Part shown: one piece after another, positions 27,863 through 36,641 of the stretch
Position numbering within the stretch: position 1 is the first letter of the stretch
Layout of the letters: each line of letters starts with the position of its first letter
Origin: Gaiellaceae bacterium
GTDB taxonomy: Bacteria > Actinomycetota > Thermoleophilia > Gaiellales > Gaiellaceae
DNA length: 64,000 bases
Reading direction: 5' to 3'
NCBI GenBank assembly: GCA_038910715.1
Contig: JBCKBY010000001.1
Location: 13,009 to 77,008 of the forward strand
Notes under the pieces: generated by a model
Databases searched by the model: none
The model's input: only the letters and a program-made list of their open reading frames with translations
Told to the model about the DNA's origin: nothing
Position numbers and translations under genes: made by a program

Positions 27863-28513
27863 TCAGCGTGGGCCTGGGACGCCCTTGAACTCGTAGAGGA
27901 GCGGTTCCCGGCCAGGCTGAACTATCCACGCCTCGCCGGTCCCCTCGCTCTCGTGCGCGGCCCAGACGCCTTGGGCTACATCGGACGGCTGGAGCAGGCG
28001 GAAGCCCTGTGCGACGAGGTTTTCCTTGAACTCCGGAGGTGTCAGCGCAGTGTCGGCCCAGCCGGGGCAGACCGCCTGAATCCGGATGTCCCGCTTAGCG
28101 AGCTGCGGTGCGACAGAGCGGACGAAGCCGACAACTGCGTGCTTCGTCAGGCCGTAGATCGGATCGTCCGGGATGGCCACGAGCCCGGCGAGCGACGCGG
28201 TCACGATGATCGTGCTTCCAGTGGGCATGACTCGGTCGAGGCGGCGCACGCCGAAAACGACGCCGTCGATGTTGACGCTCAAGGCGCGGCGGTACTGCTC
28301 GTCGGTCAGCGCCGCGATGTCCTCGCCACCCGTTAGGACGCCCGCATTGAGGCACGCGAGGTCGACCGACCCGATGTGTTCCCATGCCGCCGGGTCCGAG
28401 ACGTCGAACCCGTTGACGAGGTCAAGCTCCTTCACCTCGAAGCCTTCCGCTTGGAGCTTCGCGACGATCGCTCTGCCGATACCGCCTGCCGATCCGGTTA
28501 CCAACGCTGTCAT
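27863..28513 (-). CDS. Short-chain dehydrogenase/reductase (SDR)
   Basis: MTALVTGSAGGIGRAI glycine-rich NAD(P) motif. ATGA overlap with the upstream gene. Confidence 0.85.
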   Translation of the reverse strand: MTALVTGSAGGIGRAIVAKLQAEGFEVKELDLVNGFDVSDPAAWEHIGSVDLACLNAGVLTGGEDIAALTDEQYRRALSVNIDGVVFGVRRLDRVMPTGSTIIVTASLAGLVAIPDDPIYGLTKHAVVGFVRSVAPQLAKRDIRIQAVCPGWADTALTPPEFKENLVAQGFRLLQPSDVAQGVWAAHESEGTGEAWIVQPGREPLLYEFKGVPGPR

Positions 28514-29430
28514 GGAATGAGCACGACCTTTCCTGTCGACTGCCTCTCCTCGATCAGCCGGTGCGCGTCACCGGCCGCCTCGAGTGGGAACTCTGCCCCG
28601 ACGATCGGTCGGACGGCCCCGCCCTCCCAGAGCCGGAGGACGTCCTTCCCGGCCCGCTCGACGAGATCGGGGTTCCGTCCGATCAGTCGGCCGAGGTAGA
28701 AGCCGTGCACGCCGATGTTGCGGCCAACGAGCCAGGTCGGGCTCACGTCCTGCCAGAGCCCGCCGGCGTATCCGACCGCGATTGCAGTTCCCATCGGCTT
28801 CAGGAGCGCCAGCGATGAAGTGAAGACGTCGCCGCCGACGAGGTCGAAGACGGCGTCGACGGGCTCGAGCTCCCCGAGAGCGTCGTACGTCACCGACTCG
28901 ACGGCACCGAGTGAGCGCGGCAGCTCGAGCTTCTCCGCGCTGCCGACCGCGGCGACCGCCTTCCCGTTGAGGGCACGCACGATCTGGACTGCGGCTGTCC
29001 CGACTGCTCCCGCTGCTGCGGTGATCAGGACGCGCGCGCCGAACGCGATCCGCACGAGCTCGGTGAGCGGGATCCAGGCGGTGAGGAACGCCATCGGGAA
29101 CGCGGCGCCTTCGGCAAAGCTGGCGTTCGCCGGGAGCGGGAGGAGCCAGCGCCGGTCGACGGCAACGCGCTCTGCATAACCGCCGCCGTCACTGCGAACG
29201 AAGCCCATGACGCGGTTCCCATCGAGCTCTCCGGCGATCTCCGAGCCGAGCACTGTCGGGAGCTCGGGCATCTGCGGGTAGCGGCCGAGACGGATGAGGA
29301 CGTCGGCGAAGTTGATTCCTGCCGCGCGGACATCGACGATCGCCGCGCCTTCACCCGCCTCAGGCTCGGGCACCTCTCGGACGACGAGCTGCTCCGGCCC
29401 ACCGACCCCCTGGAGGACGACCGCCCTCAC
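28510..29430 (-). CDS. NADPH:quinone oxidoreductase / zinc-type alcohol dehydrogenase family protein
   Basis: 306 aa MDR fold (GINFADVLIRLGRYP, AAAGAVGTAAVQI). GTG start at 29430. Confidence 0.85.
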   Translation of the reverse strand: MRAVVLQGVGGPEQLVVREVPEPEAGEGAAIVDVRAAGINFADVLIRLGRYPQMPELPTVLGSEIAGELDGNRVMGFVRSDGGGYAERVAVDRRWLLPLPANASFAEGAAFPMAFLTAWIPLTELVRIAFGARVLITAAAGAVGTAAVQIVRALNGKAVAAVGSAEKLELPRSLGAVESVTYDALGELEPVDAVFDLVGGDVFTSSLALLKPMGTAIAVGYAGGLWQDVSPTWLVGRNIGVHGFYLGRLIGRNPDLVERAGKDVLRLWEGGAVRPIVGAEFPLEAAGDAHRLIEERQSTGKVVLIP

Positions 29431-29465
29431 GTACGGCCCGGCGAACTCAGGTGCGTCAGAAGGGC

Positions 29466-29486
29466 CAAGTTACAAGTTGTTACTTG
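29466..29486. promoter_or_regulatory. 21-bp AT-rich operator-like site 1a (caagttacaagttgttacttg)
   Basis: One of four sites sharing c--gt-acaa-ttgt-ac---. Lies 36-56 nt upstream of the quinone-oxidoreductase GTG (29430, minus strand). Confidence 0.6.
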
Positions 29487-29532
29487 CCAACGGGCTTGGG
29501 ATACTTGCAGCGCATTCGGGTGAGATGGGCCG

Positions 29533-29553
29533 CTTGTAACAAGTTGTAACTTG
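29533..29553. promoter_or_regulatory. 21-bp AT-rich operator-like site 1b (cttgtaacaagttgtaacttg)
   Basis: Inverted copy of site 1a, 67 bp away centre to centre. Confidence 0.6.
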
Positions 29554-29596
29554 CGCAGAATGTGCGCGTCGAACCACCCACGGCCACGTCGTCCCT

Positions 29597-30382
29597 CTAG
29601 CGCCCGGTGAACTGGGGCTCGCGCTTCTCGATGAATGCGGCTACGCCCTCCGCGCCGTCCTCGCTCGCGAGGCAGCGGCGGAAGCCGTCCGCCTCGCGGC
29701 GCAACCCCTCCTCGAGCGGAAGGTCGCGCGTCGTACGCGCTAACTCCCGTAGGACGCCGATCGCTACCGGCGAGCGGGCCGCGATCGTACGCGCGATGGT
29801 GAGTGCCGCTTCCAGAAGCTCTTCTGGCGGTACGACCTTCTCTACGAGCCCCCAGTCGTATGCGGTTGCCGCGTCGATGAAGTCACCGGTCATGTTGAGG
29901 AGCTGAGCCCGCCCGAGCCCGACGAGCCGGGGTAGGCGCTGTGTCCCGCCGCCGCCCGGGATGAGCCCGAGCTTGATCTCGGGCTGCCCCAGCTGAGCGC
30001 TCCCGGCCGCGACTCGGATGTCGCAGCACATCGCAAGCTCGAGCCCGCCTCCGAGGCAGAAGCCGTGGATCGCGGCGACGAACGGCGTCCGAGCGGCGTC
30101 CATCCGAGCGCCGAGCTTCTGGATCCCGCGGGCAGAGCCGCCCTCGTGCGCCTCCTCAACGGTTGCTCGAAGCGACGGGAACTCCTTGATGTCCGCACCG
30201 GCGACGAATGCGCGCTCGCCCGCACCCTTGAGCACGATGGCGCGGACGGCGTCGTCGGCATCGAGACGCTCGACCTCGGCCTCGAGCTCCTCCAGGAGCG
30301 GCGCCGAGAGCGCGTTCATCGGCGGGTTGTCGATCGTGACTACCGCGACGGCACCGTCCTGCTCGGTCGAGATGCAGACCAC
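29597..30382 (-). CDS. Enoyl-CoA hydratase/isomerase (crotonase family)
   Basis: GTG 30382 overlaps the upstream TAG by 1 nt. Motifs AFVAGADIKEF and GFCLGGGLELAMCCDIR are present. Confidence 0.85.
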   Translation of the reverse strand: MVCISTEQDGAVAVVTIDNPPMNALSAPLLEELEAEVERLDADDAVRAIVLKGAGERAFVAGADIKEFPSLRATVEEAHEGGSARGIQKLGARMDAARTPFVAAIHGFCLGGGLELAMCCDIRVAAGSAQLGQPEIKLGLIPGGGGTQRLPRLVGLGRAQLLNMTGDFIDAATAYDWGLVEKVVPPEELLEAALTIARTIAARSPVAIGVLRELARTTRDLPLEEGLRREADGFRRCLASEDGAEGVAAFIEKREPQFTGR

Positions 30383-31994
30383 TACGTCGTCTCCGCCGGC
30401 TGCGCCGCGAACTGCTCGCGCAATGCTGTCTTGCGGAACTTGCCGACCGCTGTCTTCGGGATCTCCTCCACGAACTCGAAGCGGTCGGGCAGCCACCACT
30501 TGGCGAAGCTCGGGGCGAGGAACTCGCGGAGTTCGGCATCCGACGCGGCCTGACCTTCTCTGAGGACGACGACCGCCAGCGGCCTCTCCGACCACTTGTC
30601 GTCCGGGACCGCGATGACCGCCGCCTCCGCAACCGCCGGATGCCCCATGAGCGCGTTCTCGAGCGCAACCGTCGAGATCCACTCACCCCCTGATTTGACG
30701 AGGTCCTTCGCACGGTCCTGCACCTCGACGAAGCCGTCAGGGTAGATGCTGACGACGTCCCCGGTCATGAACCAGCCGTCGTCGGTCCACCGATCGGCGC
30801 CCTCATCCGACTCGTAGTACGCCGAGGAGATCGACGGTCCGCGCACCTCGAGCTCGCCCATGGTGGAACCATCCCAGGGAATGAGTCCGTCTACCCCGCG
30901 AGCGCGGATCTCGACGAAGGGGATCGGCAGTCCCTGCATCGCGCGCCGGTCGTACGCCTCCTGTGGCGAGAGGCCGGCCTCCTGGCCGGGGCGCCCGAGA
31001 GCGTCCCGATCGGGCTCATCTCGGTCATTCCCCACCCGTGTGTGATGTGCAGGCCGTGCCGCTCTTGGAACGCCTCGATCATCGCGCGCGGCGGCGCAGC
31101 GCCACCGACCGTCATCGTGCGGATGGTCGACAGATCCCATCCTCCCGGGTTGGCGTCGAGGGCCTGGAGGATCCCCATCCAGATCGTGGGTACGCCCGCG
31201 GTGATGGTGACCTTCTCCTGCTCGAAGTCCTCGAGCAGGCTCACCGGGTCGAGATGGGGGCCCGGAAACACCTGCTTGACACCGGTCATCGTGCAGGAGA
31301 ACGGGAAGCACCACGCGTTCGCGTGGAACATCGGCACGACGGGAAGACAGACGTCGTCGGCGTATATGCCGAGACAGCCGATCGCGGTGAGCGCGTGGAT
31401 CGCGATCGCGCGATGTGAGTAGAGGACGCCCTTCGGTCGCCCTGTCGTGCCGCTCGTGTAGCACATCGCCGCAGCTGAGTTCTCGGGGAGATCGCGGTAC
31501 GAGAACGCCGACTCGTCCGCGTCGGCGAGGAGCTCCTCGTAGTCGATCGCACCGTCAGGTGTCGGCCCGTCGCCGACGGCGATCACGTGCTCGAACTTGC
31601 AGCGGCCGACGAATGGCTCGGCGAGCGGCCACAACACCTTGTCGACGACGATCACGCGGTCTCCGCCGTGCGTCGCGATGTAGGTGTTGTCGTCGGGATG
31701 GAGGCGGAGGTTCAGGGTGTGCGTCACGAACCCGCCGACCGGAGCTCCCATGTACGTCTCGAGGTGCTGGGAGTGGTTCCACATGAACGTCCCGACGCGG
31801 TCGCCGTCCTCGAGCCCGAGGCCGCGGAGCGCGAGCGTCAGTCTCTTCGTCCGCGAGACGAAGTCGGCGTACGTGTACCGATGCCAGCTCTTGTCCGGCA
31901 GACGGCTCGCGATCTCGTTGCCGCCGTAGAGCTCGTCGGCACGTCGGAGAATCGCAGGAACGTTCAGCTGGTAATCCATCATCAAGCCGTCCAC
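30382..31994 (-). pseudogene. AMP-dependent acyl-CoA synthetase/ligase with a single-base frameshift near 30988-30997 (pseudogene or assembly error)
   Basis: The N-terminal ORF (31994 down to about 30995) carries YTSGTTGRPKGV and ends its homology at GWGMTEMSPIGTLS. Homology resumes in another frame as GRPGQEAGLSPQEAYDRRAMQGLP...GDVVSIYPDGFVEVQDRAKDLVKSGGEWIS...PKTAVGKFRK and runs to the stop at 30382. Confidence 0.75.
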
Positions 31995-31995
31995 G

Positions 31996-33000
31996 TCAGC
32001 CTCCTTCTGTCACAGAGACGGGGATATCTGGGGTCTGGCTTAAGTCAGACCCCGGTGTCGATCCTTCCGGTCCATTGAGGAGCGCGGCAGCGATCTCGGC
32101 CCGGAGCCTTGTGCCCGACGCCCCGAAGCTCTCGATCCCCAACGCTCGCTTGTACAGACGGTGGAGCTCGTGCTCCCAGGTAAAACCGATGCCGCCGAGC
32201 ACCTGGATCGACGTCTCGCAGATGGCGACGGCGCTCTCGGCGGCGGAGGACTTCGCGGCGGCGGCCGCGAGCGATGGACGGGTCCACGCGCGCGGGTTCT
32301 CGTTCGCCACGCACCAAGCAGCCCAGAGCGCGAGCGAGCGGGAGAGCTCGAGGCGGGTGTACGCATCCGCGAGCGGATGGGAGACGGCCTGGTAGATGCC
32401 GATCTTCTTGCCGAACTGCTCGCGCGTCGAGGCGTACTCGATCGCGTACTCGAGGGCGCGCCTCCCGACACCGCACGCTTCGAGGGCGAGCGCCGTCTGC
32501 GAGCGGGCCTCGATCTCGATGAGGACGGCCGCATCCGCGAGCCTGCGGCCGGGCTCACCTCCGCGAACGACGCCGAGCGGGCGGCTCTCGTCGTTCGTCG
32601 TGAGGATCTCGCGCTCGCCGCCTTCGAGCTCGAAGATCCCGTCTCCACCCACGATCGCGATCCGGTCGGCGCTCTCGAGGGCGGGGACGAGCGGCGCGAA
32701 AGCAAGCGTCCAGCTGGTCTCCCCCGACGCCACTTCGGCTCGCAGATCGTCGGGCAGCGCGGGAAGAGTCAGGGCGACGGTCGAGAAGTACGGCCCGCGG
32801 TAGAGCGCGCGGCCGAGCTCTTCGAAGAGCACTGCTTCCTCGACGAACGTGAGTCCCACACCACCTTGCTCTTCGGCGATCGAGACACCCGTCCAGCCGA
32901 GCTCGGCGAGCTGCGCCCATGACGGCTCTGGGTTCGCCCCGAGGAACTCGCGAGCCTGCTCGCGGAGCGCGTCCTGCTCGGGTGTGAAGGTGAAGTCCAT
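31996..33000 (-). CDS. Acyl-CoA dehydrogenase-family protein, short subunit-like
   Basis: ATG 33000 (MDFTFTPEQDALREQAREF) overlaps the upstream TGA. 334 aa with the ACAD C-terminal helical domain (ALEYAIEYASTREQFGKKIGIYQAV). It has an odd roughly 25-aa C-terminal tail. Confidence 0.8.
   Translation of the reverse strand: MDFTFTPEQDALREQAREFLGANPEPSWAQLAELGWTGVSIAEEQGGVGLTFVEEAVLFEELGRALYRGPYFSTVALTLPALPDDLRAEVASGETSWTLAFAPLVPALESADRIAIVGGDGIFELEGGEREILTTNDESRPLGVVRGGEPGRRLADAAVLIEIEARSQTALALEACGVGRRALEYAIEYASTREQFGKKIGIYQAVSHPLADAYTRLELSRSLALWAAWCVANENPRAWTRPSLAAAAAKSSAAESAVAICETSIQVLGGIGFTWEHELHRLYKRALGIESFGASGTRLRAEIAAALLNGPEGSTPGSDLSQTPDIPVSVTEGG
32030..32053. repeat. Near-perfect 24-bp palindrome ggggtctg-gcttaagt-cagacccc
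   Basis: Shares atctggggtc...agacccc with 23211-23227. Lies inside the 3' tail of the short ACAD gene. Confidence 0.45.
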
Positions 33001-34160
33001 CAGCGAGATTTCGGCAGGCCGAGAACGCGCTCGGCGACGATGTTGCGGAGGACTTCCGACGTCCCCGCCTCGATGGTGTTGCCCCGGCTGCGGAGCTGCT
33101 GGTACTGCCAGTAGCCGCCGTACGGCGCGTTGCCGTCGGCGAGCGCGGCGTCGGGCCCGAGGATCTCGAGCGCGAGCTTGGTAACACGCTGGTTCGCCTC
33201 CGACCAAACGAGCTTGGAGATCGATCCTTCCGGCCCGGGCATGCCGGTCTTCATCAGTGCCGAGAGGGAGCGGTAGTTGGTGAAGCGGACGGCCTCCATC
33301 TCGATCCACTCGCGCGCGATCCGGTCGCGCTGGAGTTGGTCGGCCCCGCGATCGCGCGCGAGCGCAATCAGCTTCCGCACCTGTACCTCGAGCGCGGCCT
33401 GGAGCGCGAAGCCGAGCGTCCCGCGCTCGTGGAGGAGTGTTGTCATCGCGACTTGCCAGCCGCCGCCGACCTCGCCCAGGAGGTTGTCGGCCGGCACTCG
33501 CACGCCCGTGAAGAAGATCTCGTTGAACTCGGCCTCGCCCGTGATCTGGGTGAGCGGACGCACCTCGACGCCCGGCGCGTGCATGTCGACGATCAGATAC
33601 GTGAGGCCTGCGTGGCGCGTCGAGTCGGGGTCGCTCCTCGTCAAGAGGATGCACCAGGCCGCGAGGTGCGCGAACGACGACCACACCTTCTGGCCGTCGA
33701 CCACGAAGTGACCGTTCTCGAGGCGTGAGCTCGTGCGCACGCCCGCGAGATCGGAGCCCGCGCCCGGCTCCGAGAAGCCCTGGCACCAGATCTCCTCGGC
33801 CGAGAGGATCGGAGCGAGGTAGCGCGCCTTGTGCTCCTCGGTGCCGTGCGCCATGATCGTCGGCCCGGCCATCCCGAGGCCGATCACGCCGACGTGCGGC
33901 GGTGCCTCCGCGCGGGCCATCTCCTCGAGGAAGATCGCCTGGTGCGTGTAGGGAGCGCCTCCGCCTCCGTACTCCTCCGGCCAGGTCAGGCCTGCGTACC
34001 CCGCGTCGTACAGTGCGCGGCTCCAGGCGCGCATCTCCGGCCCGTCGAATCGCGCCGCTCCGCCGCGGTGCCCGCGGAGCTCGTCGGGGACGTTTTCCTC
34101 GAGCCAGGCGCGCAAATCGCCCCTGAACGAGGCCTCCTCGGGAGTGTCGCGGAGTTCCAT
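33000..34160 (-). CDS. Acyl-CoA dehydrogenase-family protein
   Basis: 386 aa (WCQGFSEPGAGSDLAG, GQKVWSSFA, NTIEAGTSEVLRNIVAE). Confidence 0.85.
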   Translation of the reverse strand: MELRDTPEEASFRGDLRAWLEENVPDELRGHRGGAARFDGPEMRAWSRALYDAGYAGLTWPEEYGGGGAPYTHQAIFLEEMARAEAPPHVGVIGLGMAGPTIMAHGTEEHKARYLAPILSAEEIWCQGFSEPGAGSDLAGVRTSSRLENGHFVVDGQKVWSSFAHLAAWCILLTRSDPDSTRHAGLTYLIVDMHAPGVEVRPLTQITGEAEFNEIFFTGVRVPADNLLGEVGGGWQVAMTTLLHERGTLGFALQAALEVQVRKLIALARDRGADQLQRDRIAREWIEMEAVRFTNYRSLSALMKTGMPGPEGSISKLVWSEANQRVTKLALEILGPDAALADGNAPYGGYWQYQQLRSRGNTIEAGTSEVLRNIVAERVLGLPKSR

Positions 34161-34236
34161 CGATCACGATCGTAATGCGTCTGGCGTGCGGTGGCCATTG
34201 CCACAGCACTCCGAGCCGGTTTAGGGTTCGTCGACG

Positions 34237-35016
34237 ATGGCCCTCCTCGAGGTTCGGGACGTCACTCTCCGCTTCGGCGGCATCGTCGCGCTCGACGGCG
34301 TCTCCTTCGAGGTGGAGGAAGGTCACATCTCGGGCCTCATCGGCCCGAACGGCGCGGGCAAGACGACGGCTTTCAATGTCATCACGCGGCTCTACAAGCC
34401 GGACTCGGGAGAGGTCACGCTCGAGGGCAAGTCGATCCTGCGCCAGCCCGCGTATCGGATCGTGGGCAAGGGCGTGGCCCGCACGTTCCAGAACATTCAG
34501 CTCTTCAAGACCATGTCTGTGCTCGAGAACGTCCTCATCGGCGCGCATGGGCGCGGTCGGAAAGTAGGAGAGAAGGAAGCGTTCGAGGTGCTCGACGTCG
34601 TCGGGCTCCGCGATCGCGCCTACTTCCCCGCGGCTGCGCTTCCGTACGGAATCCAGAAGCGGGTCGAGCTCGCACGCGCGCTCGTCGCCAAGCCGCGACT
34701 CCTGCTGCTCGACGAGCCCGCAGGCGGTTTGAACCACGAGGAGGTCGCCGAGCTCGGCATCTTCATCCAGCACATCCGGGACGAGTTCAAGCTGACGGTT
34801 CTGCTCGTCGAGCACCACATGAATCTCGTCATGAACATCTCCGACCACGTGAACGTCCTGAGCTTCGGGCGCAAGATCGCCGACGGTCCACCGGCGCAGG
34901 TTCAGGCGGATCCATCGGTGATCGAGGCTTATCTGGGATCAGACGACGACGATGACGAGCCGCCTGCCACGGCCCCAGTAGCGCCGGATCCGCCGACGGA
35001 AGGTGACGAGGCTTAG
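34237..35016 (+). CDS. livG: Branched-chain amino-acid ABC transporter ATPase (LivG-like)
   Basis: Walker A GPNGAGKTT and signature-like YGIQKRVELARAL. Unusual acidic/proline C-terminal tail DDDDDEPPATAPVAPDPPTEGDEA. Confidence 0.85.
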   Translation: MALLEVRDVTLRFGGIVALDGVSFEVEEGHISGLIGPNGAGKTTAFNVITRLYKPDSGEVTLEGKSILRQPAYRIVGKGVARTFQNIQLFKTMSVLENVLIGAHGRGRKVGEKEAFEVLDVVGLRDRAYFPAAALPYGIQKRVELARALVAKPRLLLLDEPAGGLNHEEVAELGIFIQHIRDEFKLTVLLVEHHMNLVMNISDHVNVLSFGRKIADGPPAQVQADPSVIEAYLGSDDDDDEPPATAPVAPDPPTEGDEA

Positions 35017-35018
35017 TC

Positions 35019-35723
35019 GTGGCGCTACTCGAGCTCGATCAGGTCGGCGCCCGCTATGGGCCGGTACAGGCGCTCCATGACGTCTCGCTGACCGTTCGCG
35101 AGGGCGAGGTGGTGGCTGTGCTTGGTGCGAACGGAGCCGGGAAGACCACGACGCTTCGTGCGATCTCGGGCACGGTTTCTCGAAGCGGGACGATCGAGCT
35201 CGGGGGCAAGGCGGTCAAGGGAGGCCCGGAGGCGGCCGCGAAGACCGGGATAGCTCACGTGCCCGAGGGGCGAGGGACATTCGTCGATCTCACCGTCACC
35301 GAGAACCTCAAGCTCGGCGCCTACACGCGGCGCGACCGGTCGGTCAAGGCGGACATCGCACGCATCGCCGAGTACTTCCCCTGGATCACCGAGCGCGGTG
35401 GGCAGCGCGCCGGGACGCTCTCGGGGGGCGAGCAGCAGATGCTCGCGCTCGGGCGAGCACTGATGAGCCGGCCGCGACTGCTCCTTCTCGACGAGCCGTC
35501 ACTCGGGTTGGCTCCGATGATCGTGCGCGAGTTCTTTCGGATCGTGCGTGAGCTCAACGAGAAGGAAGGGCTCACCGTGCTCGTCGTCGAGCAGGACGCC
35601 AAGATCGCCCTCAAGGCTTCTTCGCGCGCGTACGTGCTCGAGGTCGGTCGGGTCGCGCTCACGGGGTCGAGCGACGAGCTCCGCGGCGACGAGTCCATTC
35701 GAAAGAGCTACCTCGGGTACTAG
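35019..35723 (+). CDS. livF: Branched-chain amino-acid ABC transporter ATPase (LivF-like)
   Basis: GTG start. GANGAGKTT, LSGGEQQMLALGRAL, LLLDEPSLGLAP. Confidence 0.85.
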   Translation: MALLELDQVGARYGPVQALHDVSLTVREGEVVAVLGANGAGKTTTLRAISGTVSRSGTIELGGKAVKGGPEAAAKTGIAHVPEGRGTFVDLTVTENLKLGAYTRRDRSVKADIARIAEYFPWITERGGQRAGTLSGGEQQMLALGRALMSRPRLLLLDEPSLGLAPMIVREFFRIVRELNEKEGLTVLVVEQDAKIALKASSRAYVLEVGRVALTGSSDELRGDESIRKSYLGY

Positions 35724-35726
35724 CCG

Positions 35727-36641
35727 ATGATCGTCGCCGCCTTCTCCGACTTCATGCAGCAGGTCGTCTCCGGCCTTGCGTCGGGCGGGATCTACGCACT
35801 GCTCGCGCTTGCGCTGGTGATCATCCATCGCTCGACGGGGGTCATCAACTTCGCCCAGGGTGAGATGGCGACGCTCTCGGCCTACATCGCGTGGACGCTC
35901 ACCGTGAACCACGGTTTGAGCTACTGGCCGGCGTTCGTCGCGTGCCTCGCGATCTCGTTCGGCGGCGGCGTCGGGATCCACAGAGTGGTGATCCGCCCGG
36001 TCGAGCGCGGCAGCGTCCTTCGGATCGTGATCGTCACGATCGGCCTCCTCGTCGCGATCAACGGCTTCGTGATCTGGCAGTGGGGCGGAGAGCCGCAACA
36101 GCTCCGAAGCCCGTTCGGGACGGATACATACGACGTCGGCGGGGTCATCGTTGCGGCCCACGACATCGGGACGATCGCGGTGGCTCTGGGCATCGTCCTC
36201 TTGCTCTGGCTCCTCTTCCGGTTCACGAAGGTCGGGCTCGCACTCCGCGCGGCGGCCGTGAACCCGGACGAGGCTCGACTCGTGGGTGTTCGCGTCACGT
36301 GGATGCTCGCGCTGGGGTGGGGGCTCGCGGCGACGCTCGGGGCCGTCGCCGGAATGCTGACGGCCCCGACGGTCGGGCTCGATCCGCAGATGATGCAGGC
36401 GGTGCTGATCTACGCCTTCGCCGCGGCCATTCTCGGAGGCATCGACTCTCCGATCGGGGCCGTCGTAGGCGGGCTCCTGCTCGGTGTCCTTCTGAACATG
36501 CTGAGCTATCTCAGCCAGTACGACGCGTTCGGCTGGTTCACCGAAGAGCTGCGGCTGCCGGCGGCGCTCCTCATCATCCTTGTGGTTCTGCTCGTGAAGC
36601 CGACGGGCATCTTCGGCAAGCCGGAGGTGAAGCGCGTATGA
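35727..36641 (+). CDS. livH: Branched-chain amino-acid ABC transporter permease (LivH-like)
   Basis: 304-aa multi-TM protein. N-terminus QQVVSGLASGGIYALLALALVIIHRSTGVINFAQGE is typical of LivH. Confidence 0.85.
   Translation: MIVAAFSDFMQQVVSGLASGGIYALLALALVIIHRSTGVINFAQGEMATLSAYIAWTLTVNHGLSYWPAFVACLAISFGGGVGIHRVVIRPVERGSVLRIVIVTIGLLVAINGFVIWQWGGEPQQLRSPFGTDTYDVGGVIVAAHDIGTIAVALGIVLLLWLLFRFTKVGLALRAAAVNPDEARLVGVRVTWMLALGWGLAATLGAVAGMLTAPTVGLDPQMMQAVLIYAFAAAILGGIDSPIGAVVGGLLLGVLLNMLSYLSQYDAFGWFTEELRLPAALLIILVVLLVKPTGIFGKPEVKRV

Noticed and set aside
31996-34848. 950-aa ORF on the minus strand, the longest in this region
   Set aside because: It is a composite. Only the last 334 codons (from ATG 33000) are ACAD-like. 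The upstream part is Arg/Pro/Gly-rich nonsense. It is out of frame with the real ACAD gene 33000-34160 and antisense to livG.
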